From Azolla caroliniana (taxonomy: Eukaryota; Plantae; Polypodiophyta), in contig JBHGNT010000014.1 of NCBI GenBank assembly GCA_043228905.1, positions 12,214,001-12,278,000 of the forward strand: a DNA stretch of 64,000 bases, read 5' to 3'. The translations under genes were made by a program, and so were the position numbers. The notes under the pieces were generated by a model. The model did not search any database and was not told where the DNA came from. It was given only the letters and a program-made list of their open reading frames with translations. Below, one piece after another: positions 1 through 12,929 of this stretch (the stretch's first letter is position 1; every line of letters starts with the position of its first letter).

Positions 1-3000
1 TAGTTCGAGGAGTTGGTAGAGTCGTATCTCCTCCGACTTGGCTTCTGATAGTCGGTTCTGTACCTGAATTCGCAAACTAGGTATCTGAAATTCGATTGGC
101 ATCACAGCCTCCAGCCCAAACGCAAGTCGAAATGGTGTTGACTATATGCTTGTTTTGTAGCTGGTTCTGTACGCCCATAACGCACTCTGTAGTTTGGTAT
201 CCCAATCCGTTCTATTTTCATTGACGATTTTCTTCAAAATGGTCTGTAACGTCTTGTTGGTGGATTCTGCTAATCCATTCGCCTGCGGATAATATGGCGT
301 GCTCTTCTTATGGACTACGGCGTAATGATGTGTTAGTTCTCGAACTACCGTATTGAGAAAGTGACTCCCTTCGTCACTGATGAGCTCAATCGGGCAGTCG
401 AACCGGCACCAGATGTGCTTGTAAAGGAACCTGGCTATGACAGCCGCCGTATTTTCACGTAGGGCCTTTGCTTCTACCCATTTGGTGTAGTAATCCGTGG
501 CTACCAATATGTATTTATTGCTCGTCCGGGCCGCCGCTGGTGTGAAGGGCCCCACAAAATCCAATCCCCACTTTTGGAAGGGGTCTAGTGGTAATACAAG
601 CTGGTGTGGCATCCTTGCGGCCTCCACGGGTTGTCCCATCCGTTGACACAAATCACACTTTCGACTATACTCGGATGCGTCCTTCTGCGTTGTTGGCCAT
701 TATAGGCCTGCCTGCCATACTTTCCGAGCTGTAACGTCGCCCGCGTAATGGCCGCCTACCGTGCCGCAATGTGCCTCCCGTAAAACTGCTTCCTTCTCAT
801 CTTGACGTACCCCACGTCGCCAAATGCCATCACTTCCTTTGTGATATAAAACGCCTTCGACGAGGCAGAAGTGACGGCTTCGGACGGCTAGTCGTTTCTT
901 CTCGTCCGTGCGTAATTGTCGTGGAGGCAGTCCCGTAGTTAAAAAGTACGTCATTTCCATAAGCCATCGGTCCGGAAAGGTCAATTCCGTTCTGTCTGCT
1001 AGTGTCACTACCCGTAGGATGTCAGCGTCCGGAAAATCGTCGTCATATTTCTGTACTGTTTCTCAATGCTCGAGTCTGCTCAAAAAATCTGCTACTGCGT
1101 GTTGCATCCCTGGTCAGTGCTGGATTACAAAATCAAATTCCTGGAGCAGCAGCATCCACCATGCCAATTTCCCTGTTAGGGCTTGTTTCTCCACCAAATA
1201 CAGAAGTGCCGAATGATCCACGTGGAACGTGAATTTCATTCCTAATAAATAGTGACGGAATTTATTAATGCTATAGATCATCCCTAGCGCCTCTTGCTCT
1301 GTTGTGGAGTAGTTACGCTCTGTTGTTGATAATTTGCGACTAGCGTAGTATATTGGCCGGTACTAGCTTGGTTCGGTGAGCTGCATTAGTGCACTTCCTA
1401 TTGCTATGTCTGAGGCGTCGACGAACACGTGGAATGGCTTCACCCAAATTGGTGGTTGTACGACGGGAGCCTGTGTGAGCATTATCTTAAGTACCTCGTA
1501 GGCCTTATCCTCTGTTGCAATCCATTGGAAAGGAGTCTGATGTACGGCAGCGTGTAACGACGTGGCGAAGTCCGCCAAATACCGTATCATCCGACTATGC
1601 CACCGTATTTGCCCCAAAAACCGGCTGAGTGATTTGGCGTTTGTCGGAGTGTTGGCTTTCGTAATCGCGGAGATTTTGTTCTGGTCAACCGCTATTCCCT
1701 CCTTGCTGACTATATGGCCCAAGAGAGTCACGCTGGTCACGCCAAAAGCACATTTTGCGGGATTCAGGCTTAAGCGTGCAGTGCGGCAACGTTCCAGGCA
1801 CAGTTGTAAGTGCAAAAAATGGTCTATTGTTTTCCCATATACCGCAAAGTTGTCTAAAAAAACTTGCATGAACGCCGGAATGTATTCCCCAAATATCTCT
1901 GTAATTGTCCGTTGAAATGTTGCCGGAGTTGTCTTTAGCCCGAACATCATGACGACTGCCACATATACTCCCCAGTTCGTGACAAATGTCGTCTTCTCTT
2001 GGTCCTCGGGATGCATGCGTACCTGGTTATAGCCACTGAAGTCATCTAAAAAACTGTACATCTCATGGCCTGCGATGGCGTCCAGTACGCTATCGGTGAA
2101 GGGTAAGGGAAATGCGTCCGTAATGGTGACGGCGTTTAATTTTCGGTAATCTACGCATACCCGTATTTTGCTGTTTTTCTTTGGAACGACCACTATCGGG
2201 CTTAACCATGTCGCTTGTTTAACTGGTCGTATGAACCCCGCCTTCAGGAGCTTGTCAATTTCTTCTTTCATGCGGTTCGCATAGTTCGGGTTCATGCGGT
2301 AGCGGCGCTGCTAGACAGGTTTCGCGTCGGTTGCTAAATTGATCTTATGCAGATAAAACTTGGGATCTAACCCATTCATGTCCTCTTGAGCCCAAGCGAA
2401 CACATCCTTATATTCCGTGAGTAGTGCGATCATCGTTTTTCGTTGGTGCGGCCGTAATTCCTTTACGATGGAGAGGAAATGAGGCGCCAATTCCGTACCC
2501 ATATTTACTTCTTCGAGGGCGGAAGCGGTGACTCATCGAGAAATCTCCATTTCCCTTTCGAATGCCGCCCGTGCTCTGCTGAGTTCCAATATGGACTCTG
2601 GGTTTGGTTTGTAAGGCTCGTCGTGGAGAACAGTGGCCGTGGCATATTCTGTCGCGGTTGCGATGACGTCTATTTCAAACAGCAGAATAATCCGAGGGTG
2701 CTCATCGAGGTATGCCTCCAATTCTGCATCCTCCACCCCGGCCAGCATATTTATATCTTCTACGTATAATGGTGTTATACCCTTCGGTTGTGGCATGCTT
2801 CCTTCCGTAGGTACACGAACCTTGGTGTGTCCGTGTCGGAAACTAATACACTTGTGTTGCCAGCTTTGCTTGATATTTGCTGCTCGAAGCCATGGTCTGC
2901 CCAAAAGCACTGGGTACGCCCCTGGGGCGTCCAAGATGAGGACGACCGCCGAGATGTCGAATCGATGTCCACCCACGATAATGTCGATTTTTCGAATTAA

Positions 3001-5048
3001 TCCTAATGGTCATACTAAGCTGGTATCCGCCATTTGGAGCCAGAATGGGCAAGCCTCCCATTCTGAAATGCCTAACTGCTCGCAAGTTTTCGCACTAATG
3101 ACATTGACGCCTGAGCCACCGTCGATTACACATCTAGGAATTTCCTGTCCGTGTAATATTAATGTAATAGCCGGGTTGTGTTGATCCACTACCGGCGGTC
3201 CACTGCTGACGTCCGTAAGGTTTGTAGCGATACTCACCCCGGGTATGCCTGACACCCATTCTTCCATGGTCTGGTGGAAGCGTGGGACTAGCTACAGCAG
3301 TTTCTCCATAGTTAACGTTATCTCACAGCCCGCTAATGCCTGTCAAATGGGGTCTGGGACCGATCTTTCATCCTCAGCTCGCTCCATTGTGGTCGCGGAC
3401 TCCTGCCGCATACGTTCCGTATTTGTCGCGTTTGCTTTTTCCACCCACTCTTGGGCTTGTCGGCGTACCTCGTCTTGCGCAGCCCAATCCGCCGTTTTTG
3501 TTTGCTAGCGTGTCGTGACTTGTTGCACCTCCACCGTAATCGTATTGATAGCGGGCCCCTTTCCCTTGCGTGTTGGGCATTGAGTGGCATAATGTCCGGG
3601 TTGCTGACAAATAAAACAATGGATGTTTGATTCACCCTTCTCGGCTCCTGGAGGTGTGTGCCGCTCCCCTGGTGCTACTTGCTCCTCGCAGTCCGGCCTC
3701 GTTTGTCGGAACGTACGCGGTGACTGTTGTTGGTCCCATCATTGTTCCTGGTGTCGCTCCTCCCCCGAGCTTTCGTCATAACGCCGGTGATCCCGATATT
3801 GTCGTGGCTTACCACCATAGCCATTGAAGCTGCCCCGTTTGTTTGTCGGTCGTTGATTCTCGTAGCGCCGACCCCCTTTGGCGTAACTCGGATGCCCACG
3901 ATAATCCTTGTCCTCTGGGTCGTCCTCCTCGGAATCGTTGTGATTTCAGCGATTCCGGTTGTACCGGTCCTCCCGTGGGTGCGATCCTTATACTGGGGTC
4001 GGTCTTCTTGCCTCCTTTGTTCAGCCCGGTGTGGTTGACGCTGTGTGTCCATGCTACGGACTACGGGAGTGGCTCTATTTAACATATTGTACTCGCATTG
4101 GTCGACTGTGTGAGCCTTCGAGTGGCAGATTGGGCAGTGGATTCACATATTGCAGTCCACTGCGGAATGCCCCGAGTTCAAGCAAATCGTGCATTGGATT
4201 CCATGACGAAATTGGCGTTCCTCATCTTGAGGTAACGCTTGTCGTAAGGAGGACATAGAAAACCTTTCCTCCTCGTCATCCAACTCGAGCTGTAACGCTC
4301 GTTCAATTACCATATTCATCGTTTCCCCTTTCACGCTATTGTTGTTGAGCGTTACCTGGATGGGCCGGCGTAAAGCTGCCAGAAATGTTTCCCGAGCCTC
4401 GTCTTCTGCGGGGCTCCGTTCCAGCTTTCGTCGTAAATTTTGGAAGCGTAAGCTGAAGTCCGCTATCGTCTCTGTCAGCAGTTGCTTAATCGTATAAAAC
4501 TATCCGAGGATTTCGCGTTGTGGAACCCTCCGATGGAAGAATCGCAAGAACGCGGACTGCAGCTGATCGAAGGTTGTTATTGTTGGTAAATCCATTTGTG
4601 AATGCCAAAACGTGGCTCGCCCATCTAATGTTAACCCGAACTCCATCATTTTCGACTAGTGTGCTACCGCCTCCGAAAGGCTCTGCGCCACGTGGTTCGC
4701 ATTCTAGACATTCAGGAACATGCGAATATGCGTTGCGGCGTTGGTTTCGCCATTAAAGCGGGGGTAGGCAAAGGCCATGGTGGGAGCTACGGCTGGTCGG
4801 GAAAGGCCATCAGGTGGCTGTGGTGAGCGTAGTCCCCGCGTCTCGTCGAGGTATTTGGGGAGCGAAGAATCACCTTTGTACTCACGGCAGGTAGTACTGA
4901 GGTCGCTGAGGCGCGGCTTTTGCCATGCGCGTTCTTTTGCCTGGCGTGTGACGGACCTTGTTATTGGTTGGTCTTGTCGTGTTGGTTCTCTGGGACGTCT
5001 GCGGCTAAACATCCATTCGTTGTTGCTCGTCTTTGAGAACACACAGAT

Positions 5049-5062
5049 CACCAAGTGTGCCA
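5049..5062 (-). promoter_or_regulatory. Primer-binding site, probably tRNA-Arg type (decayed)
   Basis: Minus strand reads TGGCACACTTGGTG just after the LTR end. It resembles the TGGCAC(G/A)CCCGGTG Arg-type PBS with C>T changes; the tRNA assignment is from memory. Confidence 0.5.
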
Positions 5063-5066
5063 AAAG

Positions 5067-5505
5067 TGTTGCCGATTAGGAACACGGTCCGCGGTCAGTC
5101 CTTCGACCTAGACCTCAAAGTGGGTGTGGAACAACGAACAGGTGTTTAAGCGTAATGCGTAGGGGAAGAATCCCTGTAACCTATCAGTGCATAAGGGAGA
5201 CGGCTACAACCGAATCCCTATCACGGGTTACACTTACGTACTTAAACGCTTAGGTATTCAAGACACACACAGTGAATTAGCCGTAGCTATACACAGGAAA
5301 TCAGAGAAGATAGAATTCTATTATCAGGCGTTTCTTTACATTCCCAAATTTACACGCACCCCTATCAAAGGTTTTTCTGCCCTTTATATACGCAGGGTCT
5401 ATTTAGCCGTTCACGCTTCCTGCGTGAACCGTTACATGCGTTATGCTCCTATATTATTTCCTATTCCTACGCTTTGTCCGTCGGTTACTATTCCGGCGGA
5501 CAACA
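5067..5505 (-). repeat. 5' LTR of the left-edge gypsy element
   Basis: Bounded by TGTTG (5067) and CAACA (5505); PBS lies 4 nt inside; sharp drop to AT-rich DNA after 5505. Confidence 0.75.
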
Positions 5506-8029
5506 ACAACCATTTTCTTAAGACTTTCATTCTCAATGACAACAATTTGGAGAGGGAGAGAGAGAGTATTTGTATGTTTGGAAGTCATCATGTTTGCTAT
5601 TTGCATTGGGGGAGATTTTGTATTATGTATTGCCAATTCAACTTTAGACATTTTTTACCAGGGTTTTCATTCTTCCTTATCAATTTGCAATGTTATTGAA
5701 TTTGATTTTGCACCAAATTAAAGAAAACATTGACATCATTCCATAATGATTTATGAGAAGGTTTTCCACAATGTATATTGATGAATTTGTTTTAGAACAA
5801 ATATGAATGATATGTTCAATGTGCAATGTTAACTTGATTGTAATACTATCGTTTACTAGATTGGCCTTAATATACATGTCATTTACTATCGTTTTACTAG
5901 ATTTTACAAAGGACAGATTATAGACTTCAATAAATATGCAATTTCTATTGCTCTCTCAATATATTGGCCAAAGGGTGAAGTTCCTAGTATCATAAAAATG
6001 GAGGGTTTTCATTGTGATGTATTTTAATAGATATTAGTGTAAGGATGTCTTTTAGTAGTTAGAACTAGCAAGAACTATTGTATAGTGATGTATCCTACAA
6101 AGGGATTATCGAAAGGCAAACGAATGGGGGAAATGTTCAAGGATTCATTATATATTAATGAAGATACATGTGTAAGCTTGGTTGGCGCATGTGCACTCTA
6201 GTAAGTGTGATCTATTTAACTCTCTAACTAGGGAATATCTAATGTCACTTTGTTCTTCACATTAAGTAGTGATATTAATCACTTGTAGACCATTACTATT
6301 TTGAAAAAGTCGTAAGAAAGCCATTCAAGTTTTGAAACTCGTGAAAAATACATCACTAGTTTCGAGAGGAAAAAGAAATATAGTTAATAACCTCCAATTC
6401 AGCTCTATTCAAACACTAGTGTAACAAGTTCAATAAAGTGATAATCGCCTCCATTTGAGCTTTGATCAAGAACGAATGTAACAACTTCCACGAAGTGCAA
6501 ATCACCTTGAATCAAGAACTAATTACATCGCGGTCACTAATTAACTAAAATGTAGCCCTAATTGCCTTAATTCCTTTTTATTCACAAGAATTTGGCCTAG
6601 CCATACTCTCACTCAAATGCCAAGCACGCCACATAACTAACAAGACCTATCGTTTATTAAATAATAATATTTTTGTAATATTCAAATCGTTTATGATTTT
6701 TTGGGGAGTTTTTTCATATGGTAACTTTGATCCTTATTATCTCCATTAAGCTAATAAAAACTATTCCTGGAAATCATCATGAACACTTGGAAGTTGGTAC
6801 ATATATGTCATAAGTCTCCGTAAGTTGCACATGTGTGCCATAATGCTCGTGGAGAACCTTTTCTTGAAACCAAGACAAATGCTCCTTGTTCCTTACTTTA
6901 ATCGGGATTTTTTATATTACAAGGTGTTTCTAAAAACAAAACATAATTTGCTTGTTCGTTATTAAAGGCCAATCAATAACATGCTTGCACCTTTCTTGAG
7001 TGAAAAAAAAACCATAGTAAAGAATACTGGAAACATTCCAATGCTAAACAATATTCAATAAACTTAAACATGCACACAGTTCATGTTCTAAATTCACTCA
7101 TTTCCTCATTAATGTCATTGGATCCTATTACTCTCTATATTGAAAATTCAAGCCCCTAGTGAAACTCACCTACTATTTAGAGATATCTACGTAATTAACT
7201 ATATTCTCTTTTCTTTACAAGTCCATAAAAACTAATAATACTTACAATAAAGAAAACATATAAATTCATAAAAACAAAGTAGATTTTCTAGATTTATCTC
7301 GAATATTTATACCAGACTTTTGTTTTTGGAAACCTTAGTGTGGAAGCAAGATCAATTTATTGACCTTTTATATAATTGATAAGGAGCTATGGACTAGTCA
7401 TTTATTACTCATGTATGTTACACTTATGAGTGGTGTCTAACAAATGTTATCATAAGCTATACAAAATTTGTCCAAACTTTGCATTCAAGTGAGAGACAAC
7501 ATTACATCCATTATCACATTCATTTCAAGGAAAACAAACCACCGAAAAAAGATGATGTCTAAGGCTCATAGGCTTCTATCTTTTTTGAGAGAATGAAATA
7601 ATAGAACAAGGTGAAATAAAGCTTCACAAACCTACTCCAAGGATAAAAGGGAAGGAGAGAGGGATTGGTAAAAGATATTCGCCATCACTTGGAATGTTGG
7701 ATGTAGGAGAGGTGGTAGAAGGACAAAATAAATCAAATGATATGATAGGAATATAGGTACTAGGGAGGATTGTAGGGCCAAATCAATCACTCAAATGAGC
7801 ATAATGTAGAAGTCACATGGTTACTCAAGAAAGAAAGAAAAAAGATAAATAGAAATTCTATACAAAAGTCATCGTTTATTGTGTAAGTGTTTAAGATTTC
7901 AATTTAGTTGCCCTTGTGAAATGTGATGGGAATGAAGGTTTTAGCTAAAGGTGTTGCTCTTTCAAATATACATGTTTTCGAAAACATCATAACATCATTG
8001 ATCCCCTTGTCACTCTTTTAGTTCTAATG

Positions 8030-8580
8030 GAGCAAAATCATTTGGAAGGTAAATGGCCAAACTATCTTTGGGTTATGGATTGATGAATTGGAACAAATGG
8101 TTCATGAGTATTGATGAGGTTATTGTCGTGAAAGCTATTTCATTCTTTTTCTATATGCATATGATGTAGAGCTCATAGCAAATACTTTAGAAGATGATAA
8201 AAGCTAATGAGTTACTTTTAGAACCTTTGCGTACATTGTTAGTTTAGAGCTCCACAACAAAAGTTATGCTTGTAAAGTTTCTCAAACATGATAAATCATA
8301 CATTTTGTACAATAATGACCCATATGAAATGGTAAAAAGCTTGAAGTACCTTGGTAATTCCCTTTTATTACATATAGAATGAATGTTTTATACTCACCAC
8401 TTGGAAACATGATATTGCGCTTACCATGCATTTGATAACATATACAATGGAGAAGAAATCACATCTTGGTTCTCATGCCGTTTGGTAACAATAGTGATTC
8501 TTTTTGGGAATGCCGAGGTGGTAGCATGTCTTTGTCCACTTGCAAAGACCTAAAAATGTCCAATCTCATGTTCATATGAA
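8030..8580 (+). pseudogene. Highly degenerate LINE reverse-transcriptase fragment
   Basis: 8151-8200 translates LYAYDVELIANTLEDD, matching LYANDVVLFANTLGDA of the LINE at 25823-26032; followed by AAAAGCTTGAAGTACCTTGGT (KSLKYLG-like). Confidence 0.6.
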
Positions 8581-9570
8581 TTCAACATATCCATGTGAAT
8601 GTTAATTGAGTTCTATGAAGGAGATCTCATATGTTGAGCATAGGCATCGTCAAGCAACCAACAACTACTATGAATTCCATCTATTTAACAATAATATCTT
8701 TCGTCCTTCCATGGCTGAATATTTTGGACTGCATTAGTGAAAAATATAAATGCATATCATCTTTTCCAACCTTGACAACCTTCAATGTGCTTTCTATAGT
8801 AATATGGGGGTATTAGGTTTCATAATCCCAACAATGTTAACACATGCATAGGGAAAAATGAAATCATTTCATTCTACAACATCTCTCATGGATCATTCTC
8901 CGTAGAGTTGATCCATCAGGTCTTGTACAATGCATGGAGCAAAGGTCTTAGCGCATTTCCGACTCATCATTTACAATTATTGAAATTTCTTGAATCTGAT
9001 GAATCAAGCATATATAAAATGTCTAAATTCCACATACAAATTATGTTCAAGAAAGTAGAGGATGGAAATTCCCTCCTCCATAAGTTCATATCAGCACAAA
9101 GGGAGAACCATTAACAAAATATCAATGTCAGAGTGCTGCGACATGGCAAGGAAACCATTTGGTCAAAGATCTTATTGATATATAGCTCAAAACGTTTTGA
9201 ATATGAGCAAAAGAGAGATTCAAACTCCTGTCATATGTATGGGCACCAAAGAGATTCATATGATTACACAACAAAGTGAGACCAGGTTATGTTTGATCCT
9301 AAACTATTGAAATAAAGAGTGAAATTGCTTTAAGAGGCCATGACCAACAAAATAATTAAAAATATATATATTTCCATTCTCATTGCATACATAGAAAAGT
9401 GAAAAATAGCTTATAAACATTAAGGGCTAGCCATTATTTCCAAAGCAAGGTTTGTATTCCAAGCCGTTAAATTTACAAGAAACATTTGCACCATCCTTGG
9501 TTGATGTGCTCCATACAATAATTCTTATATTCGACAACTTGATCGCTCTTTGTCCATTAAAGAGTTGTAA

Positions 9571-11643
9571 TCACTTGTCCACTTGACCTATAAAAACATG
9601 ATATTGAGGGATGTGCAAGAAGAAAATTTTAGGATTGACCTTAAACTAAGCTTAGGAAGTTTTGGTAATGCTTTGACACACCTAATTTGCCGAGGCCGCT
9701 GCATGTGGGACATACAATTTGGAGCGAGTCTTTCCGGGCAGCATTAGTACGTAATGCAGAGCCGGTCTTTCTAATGAATCCAGCACCATCACATTCAGGG
9801 CATCTATAAGTAAAAAGGATTCAAGAAAGAACTATAATCAATGGAACCAAACCCGAGTTCTTAGTCTTGATTACAAAGGATTCCTCGAGATTATGTCATG
9901 AAACCCTTGGAATTGGGTTAACATTTGAATTTGCCATACCATTACGCTTATTTTTGTACGCATATCACAAGTAAATTCGTCACATTCTTGTGGAATTTGG
10001 TGGAGTTTAGAAATATTGGGCAAATATTTGAAGTTTTAATGTCAATTAGCTTTTCTTTACGGACAGTTCCGGTAAATTCATCAATTGTTGTAGTCTTTGG
10101 TGATCTCCATCTTAAAAGGCAACCTCATTATTTTTTTAGGTTGTCTCGATGAAACCATACCTAAACAGACGGCTAGCCCTCAAAACATTGTGAAATCAAT
10201 ATGAAACAAGGCATTGGGTTTTGAAACTGTCGATTGTGCCGAAAAGCACTGCTGAGAGATGTTGAAACAGAAATTTGACCAACATTCTAAACCTATAACT
10301 CCAAAAGTATATATTGAGATCTAGATGAAATACCAAGATTCTTACACATCTTCACGACTCTTTAAAAAACCTTCCGAGTAAACATTAGCAAAAGTTTGCA
10401 CAAGCCTTCAAAAATAGCTATTCTAGATAATATTTTCTAGTATTGTTTTTCTAGTAATGCAACTGTGTTAAAACTTCGGCCAAACCACTTTTACAATGTT
10501 GTAAAAGCAAAATGAATCACAATGCTGTGAGAATTAAATGAGTTAACACAGACCTTATTGAGATCTATCTAAATGAACAAGGATATCCTCTTTGGTTTCA
10601 TTGCAAAACTTGAGGTCCTAACTCAAAAACATTAAAAATGTTGAGCAATCTAAATTTTACCAAACAAAAACATTAAATTCATTGTGAGGTTCCAATGCAA
10701 AACTAAGGCCTAACCATAAATCTAACAATCTTGGGAGATCTAAATGAAATAACTTAGCCTTCCTAATCCTCAAAATGTTGACTGATCTAAATGAAACAAA
10801 TGCAAAACATTAGGCCTAATCTTAAAACCCAAAAACTGTAAGATTTAAATGAATCAGAAGTTGTTAGGAATTCTCAAGTTTCCCTAACTCTAACTCTAAA
10901 ACCCTAAAAATGTTGCCAGATCAAAAAGGAACAAAACATGACCATAATCTAGATCTAAAACCTTAAAAATTACATGAGATCTAAATGGAACAAAACTTGA
11001 GGCATAACTCTAACCCCAGCATAAAATCCCCCCCAAAAATTTGTGATCTCTAAGTGAAAAGGAAACTCGAGACCTAACATAAATTAGTCCGAAGTATATA
11101 AATCTGACCCTATCCATAACCCTAAAATCTACAAAAAAGAGGTGAGATCTAGATGAAGCAAATTTACAACCTAATCCTGACACTAAAAAACTCTAAATAT
11201 GTTTGTTAAACCTAAGTGAAACAAAATCTTGAGGCCCAACCGCGCTATAACCCTAACAGAACATTGTATATAGGGACGAAGAAGGAAGGAAAGAGTGCTA
11301 AGACCAAAAAACAGAAATGAAAAGCTTACAGATCTTTGCGCGAGAAGAGGAGGGGATACGCAGTGCCGAGAAGGGTGATCGCAACAGCACCTGCAATGAG
11401 ATAAGTGGTGCTATCAGGCGACACATCCCCGACAGCGCACGTAACGAGTCGACCTTTCTTCTTCATCCCTACTCTTCCTCTCCCAGCCCTAATCTCAGTC
11501 TTCAGCCCTGATCCAAGGCCGAGCCTGGGGGCGGAGCGCAAGGCGCAGGAGGCATGGGCAGCGCTAGGGTTCTTCTTCACCACGATGGAAGATGAAGAAA
11601 CTACAGATGAAGAAGCATTGAATTGGCAGTGAGCAGTGGCCAT
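9571..11643 (-). CDS. FIP: Chloroplast thylakoid DnaJ-type zinc-finger protein (FtsH5-interacting protein / At5g02160-like), 3 exons, 150 aa
   Basis: Exon 1 11643-11330 (Ser-rich transit peptide, AVGDVSPDSTTYLIAGAVAITLLGTAYP TM segment, donor GTAAGC). Exon 2 9803-9682 (CPECDGAGFIRKTGSALRTNAARKDSLQIVCPTCSGLGKL, two CxxCxGxG motifs). Exon 3 9587-9571 (GQVDK*). All introns GT-AG, phases consistent, 453 nt total. Family recognised from memory of the Arabidopsis protein. Confidence 0.9.
10310..11260. repeat. Degenerate tandem repeat with telomere-like motifs in FIP intron 1
   Basis: About 10 variants of GAGATCTAAATGAAAC (e.g. ~10316, 10735, 10783, 10976, 11144) alternating with AACCCTAA/AACTCTAA tracts; period roughly 50-70 bp in the denser part. 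Confidence 0.6.
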
Positions 11644-11736
11644 GGCGATCTCTGTGTCTCTGTGTATCAGATTTAGTCTGTGTCTTTCTGATCTTTTGGA
11701 CGGATGAGCTTATGCTTTCTTCCTGCTGCTGCTACG

Positions 11737-12052
11737 GCTGACGTGGATTCTCCATTATCCGTTATTCCTCGTTGCTGCTGACGTGGATTATCCGTTATCC
11801 GTTACTCCTTGCTGCTGACGTGGATGATCTAATCCGTAGTTCTCTTCCTCCTCCTCCTGATATCCACCCCCTCGTTGGTGACGTGGATTCTCCGTAGCTC
11901 TTGCTGCTGATGTGGACTTCCCGTCTCTTTTGTCTGTGCTGATGTGGACTCTCCGTCCCTTCGTCTGTGCTGATGTGGATTGCTCGTGTTTCTTGCTGGT
12001 GATGATGTGGACTGCTCGTGAGTTCCCTCATGGATGTTGGTGACGTGGACTA
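11737..12052 (-). promoter_or_regulatory. Array of nine TGA(C/T)GTGGA motifs (CCACGTCA on the gene strand) directly upstream of FIP
   Basis: Copies start at 11739, 11779, 11816, 11879, 12041 (TGACGTGG) and 11908, 11940, 11971, 12003 (TGATGTGG). TTATCC (GGATAA I-box core on the minus strand) occurs at ~11755, 11788 and 11795. Confidence 0.55.
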
Positions 12053-12674
12053 CCCGTGGCGAGAGGTGATGGTGACCCCCTAGGTTTCATGTTACATAAA
12101 TTACCAAAATACCCCTAAGTTTTCAACAAATTATCATGGTACTCCTCACTAATAATTGGATTATGATTAAGTTATCTCTCTCTACTCAACCCTCATAATC
12201 GAATTGTTGTGAGTCCTAATTACAACCCATAATATCACTCAAAATAATTAGCATTTCTAATTTGATTGCTTCAGAGTAGTTTTGTGTGCTTTAATAAGTG
12301 AGCCTATAACAAAGGTGCTAATCAAGCAAGTGCAATCAACAACCCATCTCCTTGGGGCTCTTGTAGAGAACACATTAAGGCGGCAAGAGGAGTGGAATGA
12401 AGTTTCAAGATGATGAGGTAGTCGACTCTCGAGAAAGCAATTTCTCTCTAGCGTCAATACGATCAAAGTGGTAAACCAAAAGTGAACCTGCCAACGACAC
12501 ACCTTTATGTATGACATAGTTTGGACAGGAGGGGATGTGTTAGATAAAGCCTAAACTCCGTAAAAAGAAGAAAGGGGGCCCCACACACACGCACGCATAA
12601 ACAATAGCTCCTCTTGTAGCAAGCAAGCAAGCAGTGTTTGCCCATATGATATGTGTTGCATATGAAACGAGGAT

Positions 12675-12747
12675 GGGAACGTAGTTCAATCGGTAGAACA
12701 CATGTTTTGCAAGTATGATGTTATCGATTCAAGTTCTATCGTCTCCA
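12675..12747 (+). pseudogene. trnA: tRNA-Ala(UGC) pseudogene, intronless organelle/bacterial type
   Basis: GGGAACG-TA-GTTC AATCGGTA GAAC-A-CATGT TTTGCAA GTATG-ATGTT-ATCGA TTCAAGT TCTAT-CGTCTCC-A folds as a 73-nt cloverleaf with TGC anticodon and G3:U70 pair; mismatches in the acceptor and T stems. Confidence 0.8.
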
Positions 12748-12929
12748 TTCGTATACATATTGGCACACTAGATAGAAATCTAGCAAGTCCCCGCCTGGTT
12801 CCTTGGGCGACATACATGCTGACAAAGAGTTGCATGCCCTCCCGTGCAAGCTAACCCGCGAGTTCATCCGAATGAAAACCAACTAATTCATCAAACCCAC
12901 CAACCCCTTTTTCATCATGAAGGCCGTCA

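Larger units (their letters stand above)
1..5505 (-). mobile_element. Ty3/gypsy non-chromovirus-type LTR retrotransposon, decayed; 3' part runs off the left edge
   Basis: Minus-strand order gag (~3270-4777), protease (VIDGGSGVN, 3010-3267), RT (RVCVDYRKLN...FLDNF, 1363-2295), RNase H (VFVDASDIAIG), integrase (HCGTVGGH; WGLDFVGP...NGLAESTNK, 142-1008). Many stops and frameshifts. 5' LTR at 5067-5505. Confidence 0.93.

Noticed and set aside
5520-8000. Possible ancient TE remnants and a weak ~58-bp duplication near 6390-6505
   Set aside because: Too degenerate to assign by eye.
8620-9120. Possible decayed retroelement pol fragment
   Set aside because: No convincing motif could be read in any frame.
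11737-12052. Regularly spaced repeats resembling a CRISPR array
   Set aside because: The conserved core is only ~9 bp, spacers are related to each other, there are no cas genes, and the context is eukaryotic.
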